Source of the DNA: an uncultured Chloroflexia bacterium
Lineage (GTDB): Bacteria > Chloroflexota > Anaerolineae > JAAYZQ01
DNA length: 64,000 nt
Reading direction: 5' to 3'
Assembly (NCBI GenBank): GCA_963700285.1
Contig: CAVOXA010000014.1
Coordinates: forward strand, 980,410-1,044,409
Position 1 is the stretch's first letter. Every line of letters starts with the position of its first letter. This document shows, in pieces, positions 1 through 8,262 of the stretch. The position numbers and the translations under genes are program-made. The notes under the pieces are model-generated. The model saw only the letters and a program-made list of their open reading frames with translations. It made no database searches and was not told the DNA's origin.

Positions 1-5
1 GATCC

Positions 6-1376
6 ATGATCCAGGCTGTCCGTAGTGCCTTCGTACTGCCAGACCTGCGCAAAAAGATCCTATACACGTTCCTGATCCTGGCGATCTATCGTCTGGCGGC
101 TCACGTACCGGTGCCGGGTGTCAACACCGCCGCCTTGAACCAACTGTTCGAGTCCAACCAGCTGTTGGGGTTGCTAGACCTCCTGTCAGGCGGGGCGATG
201 GCCAACTTCTCAGTGATGGCAATGGGTGTTTACCCGTACATCACGGCCTCCATTATCCTGCAGCTGTTGACACCGATCATCCCAGCATTGGAACGCCTGC
301 AGCAAGAAGGAGAGCAGGGAAGGGCAAAGCTCAACCAGTACACTTGGTATCTCACAGTACCACTGGCTGCGCTGCAAGGCTACGGTCAAGCAGTGATTAT
401 GACCCAAATGAGCGGCGGGGTACCAATCCTGAACCAGTTTGGCTTTCAAGCTGCCCCGCTTACGACGGTGGCCATCCTGACCAGCATGACAGCAGGCACC
501 ATGTTCGCTGTGTGGCTCGGTGAGCTAATCAGCGAGCAAGGCATCGGAAATGGTACTTCCATTATCATCCTGGGAGGGATCGTTACCCGGCTGCCGGAAC
601 GGCTTCTGGGTCTGGTCATTTCCCAGGAATGGTTGTCACTCATTCTCTTCTTGGTCATCACGACGATCACAGTCTTTGGCATCGTGTTCATCCAAGAGGG
701 CAAGCTGATGGTCTGGGTACAGTACAGCAGCCGGACATTGGGACAACGAGGGGGGCGCCTGCGCCAGACACGCTCGGTGCGAACCCACATCCCACTGCGG
801 GTCAATATGGCTGGTATGATCCCGCTTATCTTTGCTCAGGCCATCCTGGTCTTTCCCAGCACCATCGCCAGCTATTTCATGGCACCGCTGGGCCAAGATC
901 CCGCAACTGTGATGGAGACGATTGCCTACTGGGTGGACAGGATTTTTAACCCACAATACAACATCTATTGGCCGCTGTACTTCTTGATGGTCGTCGCGTT
1001 TACCTATTTCTATACGGACGTCATCTTTCAACAGCAGAATATGGCGGAGAACCTGAGAAAGCAGGGCGCCTCTATCCCTGGCATCCGGCCAGGGAAACGG
1101 ACGGCAGAGTACCTGACCAAAAAGGTACGGCGTATCACCTTGGTGGGCGCTCTGTTCTTGGGTCTGGTCGCAATCCTTCCCTGGCTGGTGGGCCTCTTTG
1201 TCGGCCTCTTGCCTGGGGCCAGCGCAGGAATTACCACCGGCAGCAATGTGATGTTGATATCCTCGACTGGATTGCTCATTGTGGTTGGTGTTGTGCTGGA
1301 CACCATGCGTCAGCTTGAGGCTCAGTTGCAGATGCGTCACTATGACAAGTTCCTGCGCAAGGGAATTCTGGGTTAG
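6..1376 (+). CDS. secY: Preprotein translocase subunit SecY
   Basis: 456 aa polytopic membrane protein; MGVYPYITASII, GIGNGTSIII, IPGIRPG and LLIVVGV motifs; precedes adk. Confidence 0.98.
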   Translation: MIQAVRSAFVLPDLRKKILYTFLILAIYRLAAHVPVPGVNTAALNQLFESNQLLGLLDLLSGGAMANFSVMAMGVYPYITASIILQLLTPIIPALERLQQEGEQGRAKLNQYTWYLTVPLAALQGYGQAVIMTQMSGGVPILNQFGFQAAPLTTVAILTSMTAGTMFAVWLGELISEQGIGNGTSIIILGGIVTRLPERLLGLVISQEWLSLILFLVITTITVFGIVFIQEGKLMVWVQYSSRTLGQRGGRLRQTRSVRTHIPLRVNMAGMIPLIFAQAILVFPSTIASYFMAPLGQDPATVMETIAYWVDRIFNPQYNIYWPLYFLMVVAFTYFYTDVIFQQQNMAENLRKQGASIPGIRPGKRTAEYLTKKVRRITLVGALFLGLVAILPWLVGLFVGLLPGASAGITTGSNVMLISSTGLLIVVGVVLDTMRQLEAQLQMRHYDKFLRKGILG

Positions 1377-1388
1377 GGAGGCCAGGAC

Positions 1389-2051
1389 ATGCCTACGGAT
1401 GCATTGTATCTGGTATTGCTCGGTGGCCCCGGGGCTGGCAAGGGCACGCAAGCAGAACGCCTGTCTACAACGCTGGACATACCCCAGGTATCCACGGGGG
1501 AGCTGTTCCGCGAGAACCTGAAAAAGGATACCGAGTTGGGACTGCTGGCAAAGGGCTATATGGAGCGCGGAGAACTGGTGCCAGACGAGGTGACCGTGGG
1601 CATGGTTCGGGAACGGCTTTCACAACCTGACGCGGCCAAGGGAGCCATTCTGGATGGCTTTCCCAGAACCGTCGCCCAAGCCAAAGCCCTGGAGGAATTG
1701 ATGATCGCCATGGGCACAGAACTGGCAGTCGTGCCCTATATCAGAGTGGATGAGGACATCTTGTTGGCGCGCTTGGCAGGCAGGTGGACGTGCAAATCCT
1801 GTGGGGCAATGTACCACGAGATCTTTAGCCCACCCGTACAGGCTGGCCTTTGTGACAAATGCGGTAGTGAACTCTATCAACGGCCAGATGACACGCCTGA
1901 AACCCAGGAGCACCGGATCAAGGTCTACTTTGAGCAGACAGCGCCCCTGATCGACTACTATCGGGAAAAAGGATTGCTGGCCGAAGTAGATGGCCGGCCT
2001 GGGATCGATGAAATCCAGGCCAAGTTGCTTGATATCGTCCGAGAGCTATGA
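1389..2051 (+). CDS. adk: Adenylate kinase (Zn-lid type)
   Basis: GGPGAGKGTQ P-loop, LDGFPRT, CxxC...CxxC lid, QRPDD. Confidence 0.98.
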   Translation: MPTDALYLVLLGGPGAGKGTQAERLSTTLDIPQVSTGELFRENLKKDTELGLLAKGYMERGELVPDEVTVGMVRERLSQPDAAKGAILDGFPRTVAQAKALEELMIAMGTELAVVPYIRVDEDILLARLAGRWTCKSCGAMYHEIFSPPVQAGLCDKCGSELYQRPDDTPETQEHRIKVYFEQTAPLIDYYREKGLLAEVDGRPGIDEIQAKLLDIVREL

Positions 2052-2803
2052 TCAGTCTAAAGTCTGCGCACGAATTGACCCTGATGCGCCAAGCTGGCCG
2101 CATCGTCGCCCAAGTGCTCGGCCAGATCCGGGAAACAGTTGCCCCTGGTGTCTCTACCGGTGATCTGGAAGCCATTGCCGACAAGATCATCGTGGGCAAG
2201 TATAGCGCGGTTCCATCGTTCAAAGGTTACCGGGGATTTCCCGGAATGGTGTGTACCTCAATCAATGAGGAAATCGTGCACGGAATCCCTGGTGCAAGAG
2301 TCTTGAACGAGGGTGATATCCTGAGCGTCGATGTTGGCGTCATCTACATGGGCTATCACGGGGATTCGGCGATTACCGTGGGGGTTGGCAAGATCGATGA
2401 CGAAAGCCAGCGGTTGCTGGATGTTACCGCCAGGTCACTGCAAGTCGGAATCGCGATCGCAGAGGCAGGGAACTGGACAACAGACATTTCCCAAGCGATC
2501 CAGGACTATGTTGAAGACCAGGGCTACTCGGTCGTGCGAGAGTATACGGGCCATGGGATCGGGCGCCAGATGCACGAAGACCCACAGATCCCAAATTATC
2601 ACGAACCCCGGATTGGGGGTCGGATTAAGCTGCGTCCAGGCATGACTTTTGCCCTGGAACCGATGGTCAACGTGGGCGACTGGCGAACGAGGGTGCTGGA
2701 CGACGAATGGACGGTCGTGACGGCTGACGGAAAACGCTCGGCTCATTTTGAACACACTGTAGCTGTCACCAAGAATGGCCCGGAGATCCTGACCCAGCTA
2801 TAG
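2048..2803 (+). CDS. map: Type I methionine aminopeptidase
   Basis: NEEIVHGIP, GHGIG, HEDP, ALEPM, SAHFEHT metal-site motifs; ATGA overlap with adk. Confidence 0.98.
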   Translation: MISLKSAHELTLMRQAGRIVAQVLGQIRETVAPGVSTGDLEAIADKIIVGKYSAVPSFKGYRGFPGMVCTSINEEIVHGIPGARVLNEGDILSVDVGVIYMGYHGDSAITVGVGKIDDESQRLLDVTARSLQVGIAIAEAGNWTTDISQAIQDYVEDQGYSVVREYTGHGIGRQMHEDPQIPNYHEPRIGGRIKLRPGMTFALEPMVNVGDWRTRVLDDEWTVVTADGKRSAHFEHTVAVTKNGPEILTQL

Positions 2804-2833
2804 GCCATTCAAATAGCCGGCGGGCTGGTGTCC

Positions 2834-2865
2834 GTCATTCCCGCGTGGTTCTGGCGGGAATCCAC
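2834..2865. repeat. Short palindromic repeat GTCATTCCCGCG...GCGGGAATCCAC (copy 1)
   Basis: Same ends as the copy at 30971-30997, with a longer loop. Confidence 0.75.
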
Positions 2866-2879
2866 CGGAGAGGTAAAAC

Positions 2880-2993
2880 ATGAAGGTCAAACCATCTGTG
2901 AAGCGACGTTGCGAAAAGTGTAAAATCATCAAGCGCCGGGGAATCGTACGGGTTATCTGTGAGAACCCAAGGCATAAACAGCGACAAGGATAA
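2880..2993 (+). CDS. rpmJ: 50S ribosomal protein L36 (missed by the ORF track)
   Basis: Hand translation [37 protein letters not shown]; GGAGAGG SD upstream. Confidence 0.97.
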   Translation: MKVKPSVKRRCEKCKIIKRRGIVRVICENPRHKQRQG

Positions 2994-3021
2994 GATATTG
3001 GCCATTGATAGGAGGTGAACG

Positions 3022-3405
3022 ATGGCGCGTATTGCGGGTGTAGACCTGCCTCGAGACAAGCAAGTTGAAATCTCACTAACCTATATCTATGGCATTGGGC
3101 GCAGCACCAGCCAGCAGATCCTGGCAATCGCCAACATCGAGCCTGATACGCGGGTACGGGACCTGGCCGAGACCGAGGTCGCCAGGTTGCGTGAGGTGAT
3201 TGATCGGAACTACCGGGTAGAAGGTGACCTGCGGCGCGAGGTTGCCATGAACATCAAGCGCTTGCAGGAGATTGGCTGCTACCGCGGCATTCGCCATCGT
3301 AAGAACCTGCCGGTGCATGGTCAGAGGACGCGGACAAATGCGCGCCAGAACCGCGGCGCACGCAAGACAGTGGCTGGCAAGCGCCGGGCGCGAGCCAAAA
3401 AGTAG
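3022..3405 (+). CDS. rpsM: 30S ribosomal protein S13
   Basis: [10 protein letters not shown]...GQRTRTNAR; AGGAGG SD. Confidence 0.99.
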   Translation: MARIAGVDLPRDKQVEISLTYIYGIGRSTSQQILAIANIEPDTRVRDLAETEVARLREVIDRNYRVEGDLRREVAMNIKRLQEIGCYRGIRHRKNLPVHGQRTRTNARQNRGARKTVAGKRRARAKK

Positions 3406-3414
3406 GGAGGCACA

Positions 3415-3813
3415 ATGGGACGAACACGTAAGGGGCCAAGGCGTGGACCACGTAGGGAGAAACGAAGCATCCCACGAGGCCGGGCCCATATCCAGGCTAC
3501 ATTCAACAACACCATCATTACGATCACCGATCCCCTGGGGAATACCGTCGCCTGGGCAAGTGCCGGGACCGCAGGGTTCAAAGGTTCGCGCAAGAGTACG
3601 CCCTACGCAGCGCAGCTTGCAGGACAGCGCGCCGCCAGGTTGGCTCAAGACAACGGAATGCGCGAACTGGACATTTACATCAAAGGGCCGGGGCCAGGTC
3701 GTGAAGCGGCGATCCGTTCGTTGCAAGCAGCGGGGTTGACCGTCAAAACGATCACCGATGTGACCCCTATCCCCCACAATGGGTGCCGCCCGCCCAAAAG
3801 ACGTAGAGTATAA
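3415..3813 (+). CDS. rpsK: 30S ribosomal protein S11
   Basis: [32 protein letters not shown]. Confidence 0.99.
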   Translation: MGRTRKGPRRGPRREKRSIPRGRAHIQATFNNTIITITDPLGNTVAWASAGTAGFKGSRKSTPYAAQLAGQRAARLAQDNGMRELDIYIKGPGPGREAAIRSLQAAGLTVKTITDVTPIPHNGCRPPKRRRV

Positions 3814-3902
3814 GAACCAGGTACCGTCGATTCGGGTAGCGGAGGATCCTGAGTCTCTGGGCACCGCTAGCAGATTGTCGGGTACTCGGTCTTGGAGGTA
3901 GA

Positions 3903-4541
3903 ATGGCAAGATATAAAGACGCGGTGTGCAAGTTATGTCGCCGTGAAGGAGAAAAACTCTTCCTAAAGGGGGAGCGGTGTGTATCGCCCAAGTGCGCCAT
4001 GGAGCGACGCGCCTATCCACCGGGTCTGCACGGCAAGCAGTCCCAGTTCCAACGGCGGAAAGCGTCCGACTATGGACTCCAGTTGCGGGCCAAGCAGAAG
4101 GCCAAGCGGGTTTATGGCGTGTTGGAGCGACAGTTCCGTCGCTATTTTGAGGAGGCTGAGCGCCGCCGGGGACTGACAGGAAGCAACCTGCTGATCCTTC
4201 TGGAAAGCCGGCTGGATAGTGTTGTATACCGTCTTGGCTTTGCTTCATCCCGTCCTCAGGCACGGCAGATGGTTCGCCACGGCCACTTGGCAGTAAACGG
4301 GCGCAAAGTGGACATTCCATCATACTTGGTTCGGACTGGTGATGTGGTATCAGTGCGTCCCAACAGCAGCCATAAGACTCTTTTCAAAGAGGTTGCCCTG
4401 GACCTGGAGCACAGGTCGGTCCCCCAATGGCTTAGCCGGGACGACGCGACCATGACGGGGTACGTCCTCGCCCTGCCAGAGCGAGGGGACATCGATGTTG
4501 CACTTGAGGAACAGCTGATAGTCGAGTACTACAGCCGCTGA
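3903..4541 (+). CDS. rpsD: 30S ribosomal protein S4
   Basis: [25 protein letters not shown]. Confidence 0.99.
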   Translation: MARYKDAVCKLCRREGEKLFLKGERCVSPKCAMERRAYPPGLHGKQSQFQRRKASDYGLQLRAKQKAKRVYGVLERQFRRYFEEAERRRGLTGSNLLILLESRLDSVVYRLGFASSRPQARQMVRHGHLAVNGRKVDIPSYLVRTGDVVSVRPNSSHKTLFKEVALDLEHRSVPQWLSRDDATMTGYVLALPERGDIDVALEEQLIVEYYSR

Positions 4542-4629
4542 TCCAAGCAGAGAGCAATCCTATCCATGGATTGGTACACTGGGTTGCTCTTCTCAGCGGG
4601 TCGTAGTTTTTCGAACGAGGGGGTGCCGA

Positions 4630-5577
4630 TTGTTGAATCTGGTATTGCCTAAAATTGAAGCCGACGCCCAGGCGAGGGACTATGGTCGTTTCGTGATCGG
4701 GCCGCTTGAGAGTGGCTACGGGATCACCCTGGGAAACACACTACGTCGGGTCTTGCTATCGTCACTGGAGGGAGCTGCCATCACATCTCTCCAGGTCAGA
4801 GGCATCCACCACGAATTCTCGACGATCCCGCACATTCGGGAAGACATGACATCTCTGCTCCTTAATCTGAAGCAAGTACGGTTCAGGTTCAGCGAGGGGG
4901 TGGAAGACTCGACCCGACTGCGTCTGGAAGTACAAGGTGCGGGAGTCGTGACCGCGGGTGACATCGTGTGTCCACCCATTGTTGAGGTAGTGAATCCCGA
5001 ATTATACCTTGCGACTACCGACTCGGCCGACGCCAACCTGGAGATGGAAATGACCGTCGCCAAGGGGCGGGGCTATTCGCCAGCCGAGGAACGGGGAAAG
5101 CTGCCTGTGGGCGAGATACCGACTGATGCCATCTTTAGCCCCATCCGCAAGGCCAACTTTAAGGTCGGACGGGCCAGGATCGGGCAGGTGAGCAATTATG
5201 ACCGTTTGATCATGGAGATCTGGACCGATGGTACGATCTTGCCTGAGAAAGCACTGAGCACAAGCGCCGAGATCCTTGTAAAACACCTGGCTTTGGTTGC
5301 AGAGTTCGGGGATGTAACCCTGGAGCTGGAACCTGAGGTTGAGGAAAGCCGGATTCCCGACCGAATCGCTGAGGCAAATATCGAGGATCTAGATCTATCG
5401 GTGCGCGCATTCAACTGCTTGAAGCGAGCAGGTATCGCCAACGTGGGTGAGATCCTGGAAAAGCTGGAAGCGGATGAAAACGAACTCCTGACCATCCGAA
5501 ATTTCGGCCAAAAGTCGCTGGACGAGCTGAAGGAAAAGCTAGAAGAAAAAGGCTATTGGCCTCTGCCAGCTGCATAG
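4630..5577 (+). CDS. rpoA: RNA polymerase subunit alpha
   Basis: GYGITLGNTLRRVLLSS, HEFSTI, LSVRAFNCLKRAGI, NFGQKS; TTG start. Confidence 0.99.
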   Translation: MLNLVLPKIEADAQARDYGRFVIGPLESGYGITLGNTLRRVLLSSLEGAAITSLQVRGIHHEFSTIPHIREDMTSLLLNLKQVRFRFSEGVEDSTRLRLEVQGAGVVTAGDIVCPPIVEVVNPELYLATTDSADANLEMEMTVAKGRGYSPAEERGKLPVGEIPTDAIFSPIRKANFKVGRARIGQVSNYDRLIMEIWTDGTILPEKALSTSAEILVKHLALVAEFGDVTLELEPEVEESRIPDRIAEANIEDLDLSVRAFNCLKRAGIANVGEILEKLEADENELLTIRNFGQKSLDELKEKLEEKGYWPLPAA

Positions 5578-5614
5578 ACGGAAGATAGGTTTTCTTTGGA
5601 GGCATTGACAAGAG

Positions 5615-6112
5615 ATGAGACATCGTAAGGCAGGTCGCCATCTAAAACGGTCAAGCGGCCATCGGCGAGCGTTATATCGCAATCTGATGACAGAGCTTTT
5701 CCGCCACGAGCGGATCAAGACGACGGAGGCCAAGGCCCGGGCGATCCGCCCCCTGGCGGAACACACGCTGACCAAGGCGCGTAAGGCCAGACCCGAGCGA
5801 CTGGTAGAATTGGCCAAGCAGCGGGACACGGTCAAGCTCTCTGCTTGGTTCAACGTCAAGAGGGCCGAACAACTCATAGAATTGGCTGAGCAGGGGGAAG
5901 AAGAGGCACTAACCAGGATGGCCCAGGGGATGGCCCTTCACGCTCGACGCCAAGTGCTGGCGACGCTGACAGACAAAGTGATTGCCCACAAGCTAGTCGA
6001 TGAGATTGCACCACGCTTTGAGGACCGCCCTGGCGGCTATACCCGGATGTTCAAGCTGGGCATGCGCAAGGGAGACGCCGCCAAGATGGCGCTCCTGGAA
6101 TTGGTCGAGTGA
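5615..6112 (+). CDS. rplQ: 50S ribosomal protein L17 with internal insertion
   Basis: MRHRK..., TTEAKA, RPGGYTR, RKGDAA motifs; 165 aa. Confidence 0.97.
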   Translation: MRHRKAGRHLKRSSGHRRALYRNLMTELFRHERIKTTEAKARAIRPLAEHTLTKARKARPERLVELAKQRDTVKLSAWFNVKRAEQLIELAEQGEEEALTRMAQGMALHARRQVLATLTDKVIAHKLVDEIAPRFEDRPGGYTRMFKLGMRKGDAAKMALLELVE

Positions 6113-6157
6113 GGCATTTGCCCAACATCCGCCAGTACATAAGCAAGATCGCTGGCG

Positions 6158-6979
6158 ATGGTGACGGCACCCAGGAGTGACACGATGAGCCCGTCGCTGC
6201 GGCTCCGGGCCACGGTGGAATACGACGGTACAGACTTTTTCGGCTTTCAGATCCAGGCGCAGGGTCGGACGGTACAGGGGGAACTTGAGCGAGCGATTGA
6301 ATTGGTATCAGGCAAAGCGGCCCGAGTGACTGGGGCTGGCCGGACTGATCGGGGAGTTCACGCGCAAGGCCAGGTTATCAGTTTTGAGATTGAGTGGCCG
6401 CATGACGTGGCTGAGCTGCACCGGGCCCTGAATGCAGTTCTCGCCGACGATGTGGCTGTATCGGAGATGGGGCTGGCGACGAGAGACTTCCATCCCCGCT
6501 TTAGTGCTCGGTATAGGGCGTATCGCTACACCCTTTTTAACCGGCCGTGGCGCTCGCCAGTGAAAAGGCGAGCGGCCTGGCACATAGCCAGTCAGCTCGA
6601 TGCGGAGCAAATGGTCGAGGCCAGCCGTTGCCTGATAGGCACCCATGACTTTGCGGCCTTTGGTCGGCCTCCACAAGGTGAGAACACGGTACGAACGGTG
6701 TTTCGTGCCGAATGGCAGAAGCAAGATGCCTATCTCACCTTTGACATCGAAGCCAATGCCTATCTCTACCGGATGGTACGCAGTATAGTGGGAACGCTGG
6801 TACTGGTGGGGTTGGGGCAAATGTCCTTGAAGGAGTTTGAGGCGATCTTGCATAGTCGAGATCGTAGCAGGATTAGGAAAATCGCGCCAGCCCAGGGCTT
6901 GTGCCTGATGCGGGTCGATTATGCCAAGCGTGAAGGAGCTTGCAGTGAGGACTTTTACGGGAAAGACAGCGGAAATTGA
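6158..6979 (+). CDS. truA: tRNA pseudouridine(38-40) synthase
   Basis: [43 protein letters not shown]; true start may be 6185. Confidence 0.97.
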   Translation: MVTAPRSDTMSPSLRLRATVEYDGTDFFGFQIQAQGRTVQGELERAIELVSGKAARVTGAGRTDRGVHAQGQVISFEIEWPHDVAELHRALNAVLADDVAVSEMGLATRDFHPRFSARYRAYRYTLFNRPWRSPVKRRAAWHIASQLDAEQMVEASRCLIGTHDFAAFGRPPQGENTVRTVFRAEWQKQDAYLTFDIEANAYLYRMVRSIVGTLVLVGLGQMSLKEFEAILHSRDRSRIRKIAPAQGLCLMRVDYAKREGACSEDFYGKDSGN

Positions 6980-7373
6980 ACACGAGTGGTTCATAATAGA
7001 TGCAGAGAACCAAACCCTTGGCCGGTTGGCGTCGAGGATTGCCCCAATTCTCAGAGGCAAACATAAACCGATCTTTACCCCACACCTGGACTGCGGTGAC
7101 TTTGTGATCATCGTCAATGCAGAGAAGGTACGAATAACGGGGCGCAAGCTTGACCAAAAATACTATCACCGGCACTCGGGCTATCCTGGTGGGCTAAAGA
7201 GTGTAAGCCTGCGCGAGCAACTGGATAAGCACCCAGAGCGTGTGCTCCAGTCCGCAGTCAAGGGGATGCTGCCCAAGAACAGGCTGGGACGGCGGATGAT
7301 CAAGAAGCTTAAGATTTATGCTGGCGATTCGCATCCTCACCAGGCACAACAGCCCAAGCCTTTGGATCTGTAG
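6945..7373 (+). CDS. rplM: 50S ribosomal protein L13
   Basis: [36 protein letters not shown]; GTG at 6945 after AAGGAG, overlapping the truA end. Confidence 0.98.
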   Translation: MRTFTGKTAEIEHEWFIIDAENQTLGRLASRIAPILRGKHKPIFTPHLDCGDFVIIVNAEKVRITGRKLDQKYYHRHSGYPGGLKSVSLREQLDKHPERVLQSAVKGMLPKNRLGRRMIKKLKIYAGDSHPHQAQQPKPLDL

Positions 7374-7384
7374 GGGGAAAAACT

Positions 7385-7783
7385 ATGTCCAATGATGTTC
7401 GGTACTATGAGGCGGTAGGTCGGCGCAAGAGAGCCATAGCCCGGGTTCGACTCTATCCCGGTGACGGGGAGATTGTCATCAACGAAAAGGGACTTAAGGA
7501 GTATTTTGGCCGGTTCCAAGATTGGCAAAGCGTACTGGCGCCACTACAGTTGACCGACCATGAGACTGCGTTTAACCTCTCAGTCCTGGTCAAGGGTGGT
7601 GGTGTTACCGGGCAGGCACACGCCATCCGCCATGGAGTGGCGCGGGCATTGCTGGTGGCTGACCCGAATCTGAGGAAACCCCTGCGCAGGGCCGGCTTCT
7701 TGACGCGCGATCCCAGAGAGAAGGAACGCAAGAAACCTGGTCTCAAGCGTGCCAGGAAGGCGCCGCAGTACACCAAGCGGTAG
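7385..7783 (+). CDS. rpsI: 30S ribosomal protein S9
   Basis: GRRKRAIARV, GGGVTGQ, RDPREKERKKPGL..ARKAPQYTKR. Confidence 0.99.
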   Translation: MSNDVRYYEAVGRRKRAIARVRLYPGDGEIVINEKGLKEYFGRFQDWQSVLAPLQLTDHETAFNLSVLVKGGGVTGQAHAIRHGVARALLVADPNLRKPLRRAGFLTRDPREKERKKPGLKRARKAPQYTKR

Positions 7784-8124
7784 ATATCAGTAGGCGTCGC
7801 AACTGGATGCAGACACCGAGTTCCTTTCTCCGAGAGTATCGGGGGCAGGTGCCCGGATCGAGAGGGGGAAACCGCTCTCGCGTATGATCCATTTCAGTAA
7901 TAAGGGGATGTAGCCGGTTGGCTCATCCCCTTTTGCTATTCAACCAGATAAGGACATGAACTAGGATATCCCGTACAGGGGTGGACGGTAGGATGGCTAC
8001 CACAACTGCCAGGCTCCTTGCAGCGGGCGCAATAGAGAATGCGGTCATGACTGCCACATGTAACCGTAAGATTAGTGGCTGAAAGGCTATAATGAGTGAA
8101 ATTTGATGTCGCCTCATTCAGATA

Positions 8125-8153
8125 TTGCCAATTTACAAAAAGAATGGTATAAT
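8125..8153 (+). promoter_or_regulatory. Sigma70-type promoter for the kinase-like gene
   Basis: TTGCCA-N17-TATAAT with extended -10 TG. Confidence 0.75.
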
Positions 8154-8262
8154 AGAGATAGTTTCGTAACCTGGTCAGTGCCTCTGACCAGGTTGGTCCA
8201 TCGTCTCTCAGGTTGGCCCAGCAGGAGTGCCAATCTAGACTGTTGATTGCGAGAGTACAGTC

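Noticed and set aside
3076-4323. Long antisense ORFs (also 636-1451, 7936-8973, 12054-13424, 43247-44521, 56616-57641)
   Set aside because: They are shadows of well-supported genes in GC-rich DNA, with no motifs
6945-6979. truA-rplM 35-nt overlap as a novel feature
   Set aside because: A short C-terminal run-on in a common operon; translational coupling is sufficient
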